From NCBI RefSeq assembly GCF_964355755.1, contig NC_092670.1, forward strand, positions 19,082,795 through 19,146,794: DNA of 64,000 bases, in the 5' to 3' direction. The stretch is from Antedon mediterranea. Taxonomy: Eukaryota; Animalia; Echinodermata. Numbering within the stretch: the stretch's first letter is position 1; every line of letters begins with the position of its first letter. Positions 12,214 through 25,038 of this stretch are shown here, piece after piece. Under the pieces are notes generated by a model. That model saw only the letters and a program-made list of their open reading frames with translations, searched no databases and had not been told where the DNA came from. The translations under genes and the position numbers were made by a program.

Positions 12214-12693
12214 CCTCAATATGCAATTTGTGAGTATGTAACCAGCATTGATACACCTTTAAAGATGCCTCTTTGCACTAATATTGACCACAAAAACATG
12301 AAGAGCAGCGGCCGCTTGTTTGTCAAAAAACTTATGTAATTAATTTTAAAAAGTAGCGAGAACAATTCATGCTTGTGCTATTTTCAGGTAATCTTTTTAA
12401 CTACTGTGCCGTTTCCAATTTGGCGAAATTTGAAACATTTCGACTGACAACAGTCTGATTTCCCTTTGTTCAGATAAAGTACTCGACCTCTTTCAATTAA
12501 GCCCTGTGTTTTTAATATCTTAGCCATTAATTTTTATGCATTCTAAAACTGTTTTAATCTTATAAAATTGTTTAATTTACTTTGCCTAAACAAAAATGTT
12601 GATAATTATTTTATTGGGGAAGATGACGGCCCTCTATTAAGAGATGTTCTTCTTGACAAAATTAAAGAAAACCGACTACAGATAAATGACTAG
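12214..12693 (+). pseudogene. Orphan STING 3' fragment (last two exons: 12214-12387 and ~12618-12693)
   Basis: PQYAICEYVTSIDTPLKMPLCT followed by a 1-nt frameshift and a stop. EDDGPLLRDVLLDKIKENRLQIND* lacks an AG acceptor. Confidence 0.8.
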
Positions 12694-13471
12694 AATTGAA
12701 GCGAATGTCTAATAAATTTGTCACGATGGGCAGTATCATGAGTTTTTAATAGACTGTGGAGATTGTTAATATTAAAATGTTTATGTAGGCCTAGATTATT
12801 TTTGTTTACAATTGAATAGATTCATTTATTGTGATTTTTTATTTTATTTAAATTCAATTTTGTATATAGTGTATGTATTATTATGAAACAATGTTTTAGG
12901 TGAATGACTACCAGTTTTTTTTAACTTTTTCATTTCATGGGTCAGTTAGTTCTAGTGAACATGACCATTTTCAGTATATTAAGTACATTGCTGCCACAGT
13001 GTATAAACTTTAAAAACAGACAGTATTGTATATATTTCATTTCATTCTTTAAGACTCAACCGTGACACAGGTCAAAGTTGTTAGATTGTTTTCATTTCCT
13101 GTAAATATTTTACCAAATATTTGGAAACATAAATATAAGGAATGATTAAATGATAAACAAATTAGCTAAAATTTGAACTTTAACATTTATATTAATTACT
13201 AAATATAATGTTTAGTTTAGTTCTGCGTCTTTTATCATCTATTTGTAGTTATTGCATATTCATTTTTTTGAATAGAATAGCTAAATAAATATTCAAGAAT
13301 TGTTGCAATTTATGAGTGGTGTTTCAGGTCTGTAATGCCAATGTTTTATAATATAATAATATCAATTAACAAAATCTGAAAATGGAATCCTTAAAATGAC
13401 TACCGGTATAGCCTACTGTATTATTTTTAAGGAGCCATACATTATTTTTTTTTAAACGTATTATATAATCC

Positions 13472-13879
13472 TGTTAGTAACGCAACGCTTTATTTCTGCT
13501 ATGTTAAACTGCACCTGACATAATATGTAAATTTCCCGTTCTTTTGTTTCTATTATTCCCTTTTACTGTGCTGCGCTTGTCGTTGTCGTTGTTCTTTTCA
13601 TTTCGTGAGCGGTAATCCTATGCATACCTTTGCATTACACCAGACAGGCCAGTGATGTAAGTTCGTTATTTGCTTCCTTTGATTACTCTCTTTAGTTTAG
13701 TTTAGGCTTAATACCATTTCTACATTTTGCTAATTTAACCTGGATACATTGTAGTTCTTTATTGTATTATTTTGTTACATTTTCAGTTTGAACCACAATA
13801 AATCAATTGTGAAGTGCAAAACCTGGTTGGAAGTTTTTTTTTTGTATACCGATTAACGTACGACGCTACGAGCGTTACA
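13472..13879 (+). repeat. 5' LTR (408 bp, TG...CA)
   Basis: tgttagtaacgc...gagcgttaca; near-identical to 21477-21886. Confidence 0.95.
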
Positions 13880-13893
13880 GTTCAAAATCAAGA

Positions 13894-16457
13894 ATGTCTC
13901 ATACAGAATCTGAGGTTGCACGTATGAAGTCCAAGCGTGGATACGCTAGGGGAGCTGTTACCCGAATTATGGGTACCGTGCAAAAATTGATGGCAAGAAA
14001 GGAAAACCTTTCCCAAGTCCATGAACGAATGGAGGAGGTGGAAACCTTGACGGAGGCGTTTGCAGCTGCACATGCAGACTATGTAATGTTGTTAAAGGAT
14101 GAGGAGGCCAAGCAGGAAGCGGAGGTTTATCAGAGAGAATTTGTCACGAGAATAAACGACTTCTGTGATGATATCGGCACATGGATCGCCAGTGTTGAAC
14201 ACTCTGAGCAACATAAGTCTGTTTCGGAAGTTGGCAGCCGCTTTTCACTAATTTCAATCACATTGCCTTGGATGAAGCGAGAGCTAAGGCTAGGGCGGAG
14301 AAAGCTGCACTTAAAGCTGAAATACAAGGCTTGGTGGAGCAAAAATCTTTAGAACAAGAGCAATTCGAATTGAGACGAATAAAACCGGCGCGCCAGATGG
14401 AACTTGAAACCCAGCGTTTTCAGGCTGAGATGAAATTGGCGCTAGAAGATCATCACGCAATGATTGAGATGGGAAGACAAGAGTTGGAGCTCGATCATCG
14501 CCGTCGAGAGATGGAATTAAGTGCTAAAATGGCGAAAGCTGATGCAGTCCAGAAGGTCTACACCGAAGTTATTGAGACTGAAACTCAACCACGTTATCAT
14601 TCTACACCGGAGGATTTAGTCCTACCAACTATACACCTACCTTCATTTGATGGCCGACATCTCGATGCGTCAAGGTTTGAACGCAACCCATCTAAACCCA
14701 CTGAACCGATACTCCAAACACCTAAAGCAGACGATCCTTCAGTTAGAAAAAAGTCTGATTCACCAGCACTAAATACATTGCACCAACCGGAAGAATTGTC
14801 GAATACCATATGCCAGATGTTAGCCGATTCTCGATTACACCAGCAATCTCTTGTGGAGGCTTTAAATCTACCGAAAAATGAGCTACCGATGTTTGATGGT
14901 AACCCGCTGCATTACTGGTCCTTTATTAGAGCATTTGACAATGCTATAGACAGAAAATCAACGGATGATGGAGCAAAGCTTATATTCCTGTTGCAGTTTT
15001 GTACCGGAAAGGCCAAAACCTTACTACAGTGCTGTCTAATGAAGGAACCAGCTGAAGGTTATCGTCTGGCAAAAAAATTGGAAAGATTTGGCAATAACGA
15101 CAACATAGCACAAGCCTGGATCGACAAAATAACAAAAAGAAAGAACTTTAGAGACGAACTTGACCTACAAGATTTCGCGGATGACATAAGATGTTGTCAG
15201 GAAACGTTAGAATCAATGGGATATTTAAGTGAGCTTGAAAACCGTAGAAGTCTTTGTACGATAGCGGAGAAGTTACCAAATTATTTAAAAACACGTTGGC
15301 TAAAGAAAAATTATGATATTAAAACTAAGATGAAACAAGCTCCAAATTTAGATGACATGGTAAAATTTATCACTGCTGCTGCTGAGGAAGCAAATGATCC
15401 GATCTTTGGCAAGTTGGTTCGCAAGGATCGACGTGATAAACAGAAGCAGAATACAAGCTACAGTGCGCAGTCCATACATATTCCTTCATCAAAAAAGCCC
15501 GAGGTACCACCTGTAAACCCACCTAAAGAAGATGAACGCTGTGTATACTGTGGGCATAATCACTATGTTACGTTCTGCAAATCATTCAAAGCTCTGCGGG
15601 TTAAAGACAGGCTAGCATTTGTTCAGTCGAAGCGGTTATGCGTTAATTGTTTCAAACCTGGGCACATAGGAAAGGAGTGTTTGCGTCAAATTACTTGCGA
15701 CATAGATGACTGTGGTAAGAAACACAGCAAATATTTGCATATTCCACGTTACGTAACCAATTCTCCACCTAATCCACCTAATCCACCTAACTCTTCACCT
15801 CATCCACCTATCCCTACAGTGACTACAGCACCAACTACCACCGCCACTCCTCTGATGCAAGCGGCATTAGTTCAAGGAAACAGCAAGTTTATTCAAGCAA
15901 ATCGTGAAAGGGTGGCGTTGCCGATTGTTGCCGTCCGTGTACGTGGCAAAGATCCGAATTCATATGTTGACACTTATGCTTTAATAGATACAGGCGGAAC
16001 ATTTAGTTACTGTACTGAGGAATTAGCTGACAGACTACAAGTGGTAAGGCAGAAGTGTACGGCGGAGCTTACTACAATTGAACAGAAAAATATTTTGATA
16101 AATACGGAGCTGATAAGCCTTAACCTGTCCAATTTAGAAAACACATACACTGCACGTATGCCACAAATAATAGTGAGACACTCTCTCAACCTAGGCCTAG
16201 ATAATCTAGCATGCCATGAAGACTTGATAAAGTGGCCTCATCTTGCCGATATACAGTTACAACCAATTCTGGACGTAACAGAAGTTCAGCTTCTCATTGG
16301 CCAAGATATGCCAGAACTATTGTGTCCACAAGAAGTGCGTAAAGGCTGGGCAATAAATGGCCCAATCAATAAAGATGTTAATCAGCCTCGATCAAGTCAC
16401 CATGTGCAACTTAAAGCAACCTATGAACAGTCTCTGTTGGAAGCTGAATACAAGTAA
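13894..16457 (+). pseudogene. BEL/Pao gag-protease region (frameshift near 14260)
   Basis: ORFs 13894-14352 and 14268-16457: coiled-coil N-terminus, MFDGNP motif, CVYC..H...C, CVNCFKPGHIGKEC, CDIDDCGKKHSKYLH, ALIDTGG. Confidence 0.9.
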
Positions 16458-16459
16458 TC

Positions 16460-19400
16460 CCAGCGCCGAAACTACCTTATCCATCAATGATCACAGGGTA
16501 TTGCATTTATGGGAAGACTCCATTAGTCTAAAAGATGACCACTATTCTATGAATATTCCATTCAAGCACAGACCACCAAACCTACCTGATAATCGTCAGA
16601 TGGTAGACCGTAGATTGTACCTGTTGGGTAAACGATTGACACGAGACCCAGTTTTGAAGAAAAAATACGAAACTGAAATTCATAAAGTACTTGCTGATTG
16701 ACACGCAGAACTTGTTCCAGAAGAGGACCTCTGCAGAGCTGACGGTTGTGTATGGTACCTCCCGCATCACCCGGTGTTTAACCCCAAGAAGCCGGACAAA
16801 TGCCGAATCGTCTTTGATTGTGCTGCTAGGGCAAATGGCACCTCGTTAAATGATCAGGTACACCAAGGACCAGATTTGACCAATAAACTAATCGGCGTCC
16901 TCCTTCGTTTCCGACAAGAGGCTGTTGCGTTCACAGCCGATATCCAAGGCATGTTTCACCAAGTTGTTGTAAATCCCGCCGATCGTAACGCACTGCGGTT
17001 CCTATGGTGGAAAAATGATGACCCATACAACGTGCCTTTAGAGTATAGAATGACTGTTCATTTATTTGGAGGAGTTTGGAGCCCAAGTTGCGCCAATTAT
17101 GCTGTTCATCGGACTGTCGAGGATAACGCAAGTGAATACAGCAATGCTGCAAGGCAGACAATATTAAGCGTAACTTTTACGTAGACGATTGCTTAAAGTC
17201 TGTAGCGTCTGTTGACGAAGCCATATATCTCGTACATGAAGTTAAAAGACTATTGCAGTAGTGTGGAGGGTTTCACCTCAACAAGTGGATGTCGAATAGC
17301 CGGGAGGTTATCTATTCTCTACCTCAAGATGAGTGGGCCACAGGATTAAAGAACATTAGTTTCGACAGCTTACCATGTGTGCGAGTCCTTGGAAGGCTTT
17401 GGAATATTGAGCAAGACAAGTTCCAATACGATATTCAAGTTGCTGTTAAACCTATGACACGTCGCGGAGTGCTAAGTATACTCAACTCTGTGTACGATCC
17501 ACTTGGTTATGCAGGACCCTATGTACTGCGAGGAAAGATGATATTTCAGCAACTATGCCGCTGCAAATACGACTGGGATGATCCCATACCAACTGAGAGT
17601 GCTGATCAGTGGAATCGATGGCTCATTGACCTTCCTACTATAATGGATCTGAAGGTACCACGTTGTTTTAAGCCCATTGGGCTTCGCATCAAATCCAGCC
17701 AACTACATCATTTTGTCGACGCATCCGAAGCTGGATACGGGGTAGTAACGTATCTTAGAATGATAGATTCCTACGATAAAAGCCATTGTAGTATTCTGAT
17801 GTCCAAATCGAGACTTGCACCTTTGAAGACCACAACCATCCCAAGGTTGGAGTTGACCCCAGCCGTCGAAGCAATCAAGTTAGACAAGTTGTTGCCGCGT
17901 GAGCTAGAAATTCCGCTGTTGGAATCCACCTTTTGGTCGGACAGCATGATCGTTTTATGGTATATTAAAAATGATGAGCGTCGCTCAGGGGTGGCGCCAG
18001 GATCTTCCCGACGCGGGGGCTACATTCCCCGACGAGGGGGCTATGCGAGCGAAGCGAGCATCACAAGGCTGGGGGCCAGGGGGCCGGCAAGGGCCCCCGG
18101 TGGGGGTCCAGGGGGCGAAGCCCCCGGAAGCAACGCGTTCTAGCGTCATTTGAGGTCATTTTAATCAGATTTAGGGTAGCCATTTTTTCCATTTTTTTAT
18201 AATGCATAAATAAAATACTGCGTGCAAAAAACGATGCGCGATGACTGTTTCAATCCATATTTTTCAATTTAAAAAATAAAAGTTCAAAGAAAATTTAGAA
18301 AAATAGAGTTGGAGGTCCTGGAAATTGGACTTATTATACTTCAAAACATGAAACAAAATATATAAGTCCCTATCATGGTTGTGACTGAGCTAAGAAATGT
18401 TTGAAAAATAGAGATGTTAGGTCCCGGAAAATGCACTTCTTGTACTTCGAAATATGACCAGCTTTATTGTTGGGGCTGAGCTAAGAAAATGTTTAAAACT
18501 AGAGCTGCAGGTCTTCAAAAAATTGCATTTTATACTTTGGAAACATCAGGCCCAGAGGCTTAAAAAACGCAAGCGTAGACCTTTTTCAGTCGGGGAAATA
18601 AGTTTATTCCACCCAAGTGTATGCCTGCGTACCATCTGGACTTCCGAGTGGTGAGAAATTCATGACATACAGGACATTGAAAATTTAATAACTTAGCTAT
18701 AATAAGATGTTGGCTAAGCGAAAATGGCATGTTTTTTTGTTTAGTAATGAATGAAATATTTATTTTAGGTGCCCCACGGTACAGAAGGTTACTTGTAAAT
18801 TAAAAAATTGGTGAACATACGAACAATTAACATAATTCGTTTTTGCTGTAGTGTAGCGTACGTCGACACAGTACACGACGTAACCGTCTGTAAACTTCGC
18901 CTGGAAAATAACTACAGTACACATTTTGGTCCCTGGATAGAACATGATATCGCGACCCAACGTTGAACGATCGTACAAAGGGATACCACCAGACAAGTGC
19001 GTACCTATAGCTATTGTTTAGTAGTAAGTTAGATCGCTGGCAATAATGAATGCATAAAGTGCATAATATCACTCTGACGTAGGCCTACTCTCACGGTCAA
19101 TGAAACGTCGAGGTTTTCTAGGCGCTGAAGCTACGAAGTGAACGCGAACGAATTATATTCCCCGACAAAAAGTACCCGAACCGTCGGTAAACTTCGCCTG
19201 GAAAATAACTACATTACACATTTTGGTCCCTGGATGGAACTTGATATCACGCGTCTCGACCCAACGTTGAACGATTCGTACAAAAGGATACCGCCAGACA
19301 AGTGCGTACCTAGCTAATGTTTAGTAGTAAGTTAGATCGCTGGCAATAATGAATGCATATAGGCCTAAATTGTATAATAGCACTCTGACGTACTCTCACG

Positions 19401-21314
19401 GTCAATGAGACGTCGCGGTTTTCTAGGCGCTGAAGCTACCAAGTGAACGCGAACGTTTTTTACTGTATATTATATTCCCCGACAAAAAGTACCCGTGTTC
19501 CCCGACGGGGGTGCTAGGCTCCCCGACGAGGGGGCTAGAGCCCCCGTAGCCCCCCCCCCCGCTGGCGCCACCACTGGCGTCGCTCCCAGACTTACGTAGC
19601 AAACCGTGTTTCGGTAATCAGGGAACATAGTTTTCCGCACCAATGGCGATACATTGACACAAAGAGTAACCCTGGAGATGACGCATCCCGAGGTTTGACT
19701 GCAAGCAAGCTGGTTAATAACCGCAGATGGGTTAGCGGACCATCATACCTGTGGAAAAATGAAGAAAGATGGCCAACTCAACCACCCCTTATATGCGCAG
19801 AACTTGAAGCAAGGGCGGAAATTAAAAAATCGTCAAAAATCTACACAGTTGTGACAAATAATAACGCTACTGTCGACCAACTCTTAAAACGATACTCTTT
19901 CTGGTACGGGCTAAAGCGAGCTGTGGCATGGATTATGCGCTTCAAAGCCTTTATGTTGAAACCTGCATGCCTAATTACTGGGAAACTAACGGTAAACGAG
20001 CTTAAGAAAGCAGAAGAATCCATCATCTGGTATATTCAAACAAATAGCCTGAAGCCTGAGCAGATTAATTCGCTTAAAAGGTTGAATCCTATCCTGATAG
20101 AAGACGGTCTGTGGCGTGTGGGAGGTAGATTAGAAAAGGCAAATGTATCATACCAAACCAAGCATCAAGTGTTGCTACCAGCAAATCACCATGTTACTAA
20201 GTTAATTGTCGAACATCACCACTTGAGAACGGGTCACGCTGGAGCTGAACGCACTTTGGCTGAAACCAGACTAAAGTATTGGATTGTTCGAGGTCGCCCC
20301 ACCGTGAAAGGTATCTTGTCCAAATGTATAACATGCAGGAAGTTGAGAGCAAGAACAGAAACACAAATGATGGGAAATCTTCCTGAAGCCCGGGTTAAAT
20401 CAAATGAAACGCCGTTCAATAGAGTAGGTATCGACTACTTTGGACCGTTTATAATAAAAAGAGCCCGTAGCGAATTGAAAAGATACGGATGTATCTTCAC
20501 TTGCCTCGCCACTCGAGCCATTCACTTAGAGGTTTCACACAGTTTGGACACCGACTCGTTCATCAATGCCTTACAACGCTTTATTACACGTCGGGGCGAG
20601 CCAGCCGAAATTCGCTCAGATAACGGCACGAACTTAGTAGGTGCTCAACTGCAATTAAAGCAAGCACTTAAAGGATGGAACCAACATAAGATAGGTGACT
20701 TCTTGCAACAAAAGGAAATTGAGTGGATATTTAATACTCCTACTGCGTCATATGGGTGGAGCCTGGGAGAGGCAAATTCGTACGGTGCGTTCCGTACTGT
20801 GCGTGGCGTATTGGGTCAGCAGAAACTGGATGATGAAGGATTATCAACACTGATGTGCATAGTAGAAAGCACAGTGAACAGTCGTCCCATAACTAAACTT
20901 TCCAGTGATCCAGGTGATCCAGATGATCCCTCGCCCCTTACACCTAACCACCTATTGCTTATGCGTGCTGGACCATCATTACCTCCTGGCATGTTCGTTA
21001 ACCAAGACTTGTATAAGCGTCGTTGGCGTCAAATTCAGTATATGGCGGACATCTTTTGGAAACGATGGTTAAGTGAATATCTTCCTGACCTACAACAGCG
21101 CCAGAAATGGTTAAAACCAAGAAGAAATCTACGGCAAGGGGACCTGGTTCTAATGAAAGCAGAGAACACACCTCGTTACCAATGGCCTTTAGGATTGATC
21201 ACCAAGATTTACCCCGGCACCGACGGACGGGTTCGTTCTGTTGAAGTTAAAACCCAAACGGGTGTATATGATAGGCCAATTGTTAAAATTTGCTTACTAG
21301 AAGGATGTATGTAA
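16460..21314 (+). pseudogene. BEL/Pao RT-RNase H-integrase region, broken by frameshifts, stops and a nested insertion
   Basis: WYLPHHPV, RIVFDCAAR..GTSLND...GPDL, ADIQGMFHQV, FYVDD, YDPLG, DASEAGYG, RLAPLK..IPRLEL. Integrase ORF 19695-21314. Confidence 0.9.
17986..19576. mobile_element. Non-autonomous DNA transposon (hAT-like) nested in the BEL/Pao RNase H region
   Basis: TIRs CAGGGGTGGCGCCAG / CTGGCGCCACCACTG (14 of 15), 8-bp TSD GCGTCGCT (17978-17985, 19577-19584), subterminal CCCGAC-GGGG repeats, internal ~290-bp tandem duplication. Removing it restores NDERRSQTYVANRV. Confidence 0.9.
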
Positions 21315-21476
21315 TTAAATGTAGTTAGATTTAGAAAATCAGACAATTAATGATACACCATAATATTGATAAATTCTTAATTTGCAAATCCGTGCTAAAA
21401 ACATGGCACTGGGTTACTTATTATTTATTACTTGATAGGAAGAATACATTATGTATACAATGTATTGGGGCCGGGG

Positions 21477-21886
21477 TGTTAGTGACGCAACGCTTTATTT
21501 CTGCTATGTTAAACTGCACCTGACATAATATGTAAATTTCCCGTTCTTTTGTTTCTATTATTCCCTTTTACTGTGCTGCGCTTGTCGTTGTCGTTCTTTT
21601 CATTTCGTGAGCGGTAATCCTATGCGTACCTTTGTATTACACCAGACAGGCCAGTGGTGTAAGTTCGTTATTTGCTTCCTTTGATTACTCTCTTTAGTTT
21701 AGTTTAGTTTAGGCTTAATACCATTTCTACATTTTGCTAATTTAACCTGGATACATTGTAGTTCTTTATTGTATTATTTTGTTACATTTTCAGTTTGAAC
21801 CACAATAAATCAATTGTGAAGTGCAAAACCTGGTTGGAAGTTTTTTTGTTGTATACCGATTAACGTACGACGCTACGAGCGTTACC
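21477..21886 (+). repeat. 3' LTR (410 bp)
   Basis: About 6 substitutions and 2 small indels versus the 5' LTR; ends CC rather than CA. Confidence 0.95.
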
Positions 21887-22273
21887 AATCCTATAAAGCA
21901 TGGCCTATTATAATTTGTATCAGCGTTTCACAATGTCATGTCCGCATGAAACATTATACTGACATTAACGATAAACTCGTGGAAAATCTAATTTTAGATA
22001 CTACCGTATTGTATTGTTTGAAGAGATAGCCTTCAACTGTGTACGCGCCATTATAAACATCGATCGCCAAGAGAAAGTGACAGGCCTAGGTCCGTTTCTA
22101 CTTTGGAAACCATTGTCAACATTTATCTTAGATTTGTTGTTCCTTGTATTTTTGTCATATATCATTTTTCAGTATTTCATTCTTCGGGATTTTTTTCTTT
22201 TTATCCTGCATAAGCCTACTGAGTATATAAAGTTACAGCATCCACATGCAGCAGTAGACCATTTACAACAACA

Positions 22274-25038
22274 ATGGCTGGGTAAGGTTTTTTCCTATTT
22301 TCTATACTGATTGTAATGAAACTGTATAGCTACAGTATACGATTTTTTTAATTTTAGATCTAGTTAATTAACATATTAACATTTCAACTTGGACAGGAGT
22401 AGAATTTCATACCCAGGTGTATAAATGGGTACCCGGTTAGATCAAGACACAACTTTGCGCTGATTACTAGCTGCATTGTATGTTTCCATACGTGTTTGAG
22501 GCAGAAATGAACGGGTAATAATGTTCAGCGCTTAGAGGTTTCACAACATTAGGCGCTATATAAATCCAGGATATTATTATTATTATTATTATTATTAAAT
22601 GCTATTTGTTTCAACTAAAGGCGGAAAGAGATGAAGAATATTGGGTTACACAAATTAAACATGTATTATTTTTAATCGATTTGAGATATGGATGGATATG
22701 GAAAAATTACAAAAATTATAAATTAAATTACGTTTACAGGACATTGAACAATAAACATTTATTAAGAGCACTAGTACATACTCACGTTTACTTTATTTTA
22801 CAAAATTTAAACAAAAAATTCATATAGAAAATTATCTGTCTGCAAACAAAATGTAAACATATACCGTAGACAATTTTTAACCAATTTTGTCTAGAAATTC
22901 TTGATATTGAGGTTGAAAGGGGTAGGTGGTGTGAGGTTTTAAGGGGTAGGTGGTGTGAGGTTGAAAGGGGTAGGTGGTGTGAGGTTTTAAGAGAAAACAG
23001 AATATGTAAATTATGTCATAAGAATGAGATAGAAGATGAATATCACTTTCTGTTAATTTGTCCGTTCTATAATGAGTTACGTCAGGAGTTTTTATTACCA
23101 GTTACGTTTTATAATTTCCCTTCTGAAAGTAAGTTCATTATTTTAATGGCTTCAAGAAATATTACTTTATTTGAAAATATGTCTACATTAGTTTTATTTC
23201 ATTATAGCCTAAGTGCTGTGCAAATAAATGCCCTAGACCAAGAGTCTAGGGAAAAAGAAGAAGTATTGGATATATGATATTGAGAATAGATTTTGATCAC
23301 ACTTTTTTTAACTGTCTTCATAGATATCCACCTTCAGACAATTTTGGCTTTGGAGAGTTGTCGAAAAAAAGAGGAGAATGGAAACGATACGCGGCATACT
23401 TTGCTATTTTGGTATTCGTTGGTAATTTAGTTAGGATGGCGCCTAAAGTTCCACTTCAAAAGATAAAAGAAAGAAACTTTAATTTTAACAGGACAAATCT
23501 CAATCAAGAAGACTTATACATTGTCCGTAGTTACAACCATGTGTTTTCTCTGCCTATAATGTTTTGCAGTGTCATCTTGGGCAAATTGTGTATGTGCTTG
23601 TTTGTGCTCTTCGAGGAGTTCAAACACAAGAAAAGTCGCCATAATAACTCCTTCGTCCAGTTGCTTAAAAATTGTTTCCAAGTTTTTTTGACGATGAATT
23701 TCATCGTGGGATTTTTTATTTTATTGGGTGCCATATTCCTGATGAGAAGTGCCGATGTAGATCTTTTTACCATTCACTGGTCACACAACTGGCCGGATAT
23801 AATAACGTCAATTGGTGTTTCAATCATTGCGAACTACGCACTTGGTTTCAAGGTTTGTAACATTTTATTTATTTTTAGGTATGTAAATTACATCCAATAT
23901 AGTGGTTAATAATTGATTTCGCACTTTTTTTTTTACATTTCATAGTCACTGTCAGTTGTTGAGCTGAGTGAAATTCATGAGTCTAGCAACATCAACGTTG
24001 CACAGGGCCTAGCATGGAGCTATTTCACAGGATATCTAGCAATTATTCTGAAAGGTTTGTGAATTAACAATTTTCTTTATAAAAAGAAATACAACAAAAT
24101 AACAATAAGAAAACAAAAATAATTAATACATATAAGCTAAAAAAAAAAAAAAAACAGCGCAAAAGAACAATTGTTTGAATATTTGTATTTTTCCTTAGAT
24201 CTTAAGAAAACTATAGAGAAGGATGAAAGGTGGAAAGAAGAATTGAACAAGGGAAACCTACAGTGCAAGTTTTATGCTATTGTACCACTGAACTGTAAAA
24301 TTCCTTCCAAACTCGGAGAGTGTCCAAAAAAACACAGAGGAATTACCTTTGAGGGCAAGCTACCAACTCTGTATGTCGATCGTGCAGGTGTGAAAGACAG
24401 GCCGTATGTTAATTCAGTTTACAAAATTGACAATGGAAAAGGAGAAGTAAGTATTATTATAGATTAAGATGTTGGTGTCTACCAAATAATAACAAATCAC
24501 CTCAGAGTTAATAGAAATTGCGGCAGTGCAGGGAATATTTTAGCTTTATATTGTAAACTTGCATAGTGTATCAATTATTTTTATTTCAGTCAAAGTTTGC
24601 CATTAGTGAATATGTGACCATCATTGATACACTGTTCCAGATGTCTCGGTGGACTGCTATTGAACAACACGTACGTGACGAGCAGTGTCACTTACTCGTT
24701 AGGAAACTTCAGGAATTGATTGACGAAAATGAAGATTATCAAAATAAATGCGTAATCGTTACTTTATCAGGTATAAACATTCTAATCATAATTTGCTTTT
24801 TAGGATTTTATGGATGGACAGCTATGTGAATATTAAAATGGCAATGGGGAGGGGGCGATGCCACAACATTCAAATCGAAGTCCAAATCCTACCATCTTTA
24901 CCAGAACAAATAAACAGCTAACATAGAATACAGTGTTAAACATAAATATTTTATTGCTTTTCAGGTGAAAATGATGGGAATCTTTTAAGAGACGTTCTTC
25001 TTAATAATATCAATAACGATCGGGTGCAAATCGACTAG
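22274..25038 (+). CDS. STING1: STING-like gene copy 5 (subtype B); coding exons 22274-22281, 23324-23852, 23946-24054, 24199-24446, 24590-24770, 24965-25038
   Basis: MAG|YPPSDNFGFGELSKKRG, TM exon, NINVAQGLAWSYFTGYLAIILK, DRAGVKDRPYVNSVYKI, SEYVTIIDTLFQMS, GENDGNLLRDVLLNNINNDRVQID*. Open frame with GT-AG introns. Confidence 0.92.
22385..22597 (+). mobile_element. SINE fragment with (TAT)n tail in intron 1 of STING copy 5
   Basis: cccaggtgtataaatgggtacc core and cagcgcttagag...gcgctatataaat followed by (tat)n, typical of SINE/LINE-like 3' ends. Confidence 0.6.
22600..23230 (+). mobile_element. Decayed non-LTR retrotransposon 3' end with CCHC knuckle and internal ~23-bp tandem repeat
   Basis: EVERGRW...RENRICKLCHKNEIEDEYHFLLICPFYNELR; gaggtt..aaggggtaggtggtgt x3 at ~22908-22990. 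Confidence 0.7.

Larger units (their letters stand above)
13472..21886 (+). mobile_element. Full-length, decayed BEL/Pao LTR retrotransposon
   Basis: LTRs 13472-13879 and 21477-21886, 5-bp TSD AATCC (13467-13471, 21887-21891), purine-rich ggggccgggg before the 3' LTR. Gag LPMFDGNPLHYWSF and three Cys-His boxes, protease ALIDTGG, RT NFYVDD (~17172), RNase H HFVDAS/IPRLEL/WSDS, integrase HHCC + DYFGP/SDNG. Several frameshifts and stops. Confidence 0.96.

Noticed and set aside
17971-18153. GC-rich ORF tails (e.g. RRGGYIPRRGGY...GGGPGG) as a novel protein domain
   Set aside because: Read-through into the GC-rich terminus of the nested DNA transposon.
22908-22990. Three ~23-bp direct repeats resembling a CRISPR array
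   Set aside because: No spacers; head-to-tail duplication inside a LINE remnant.
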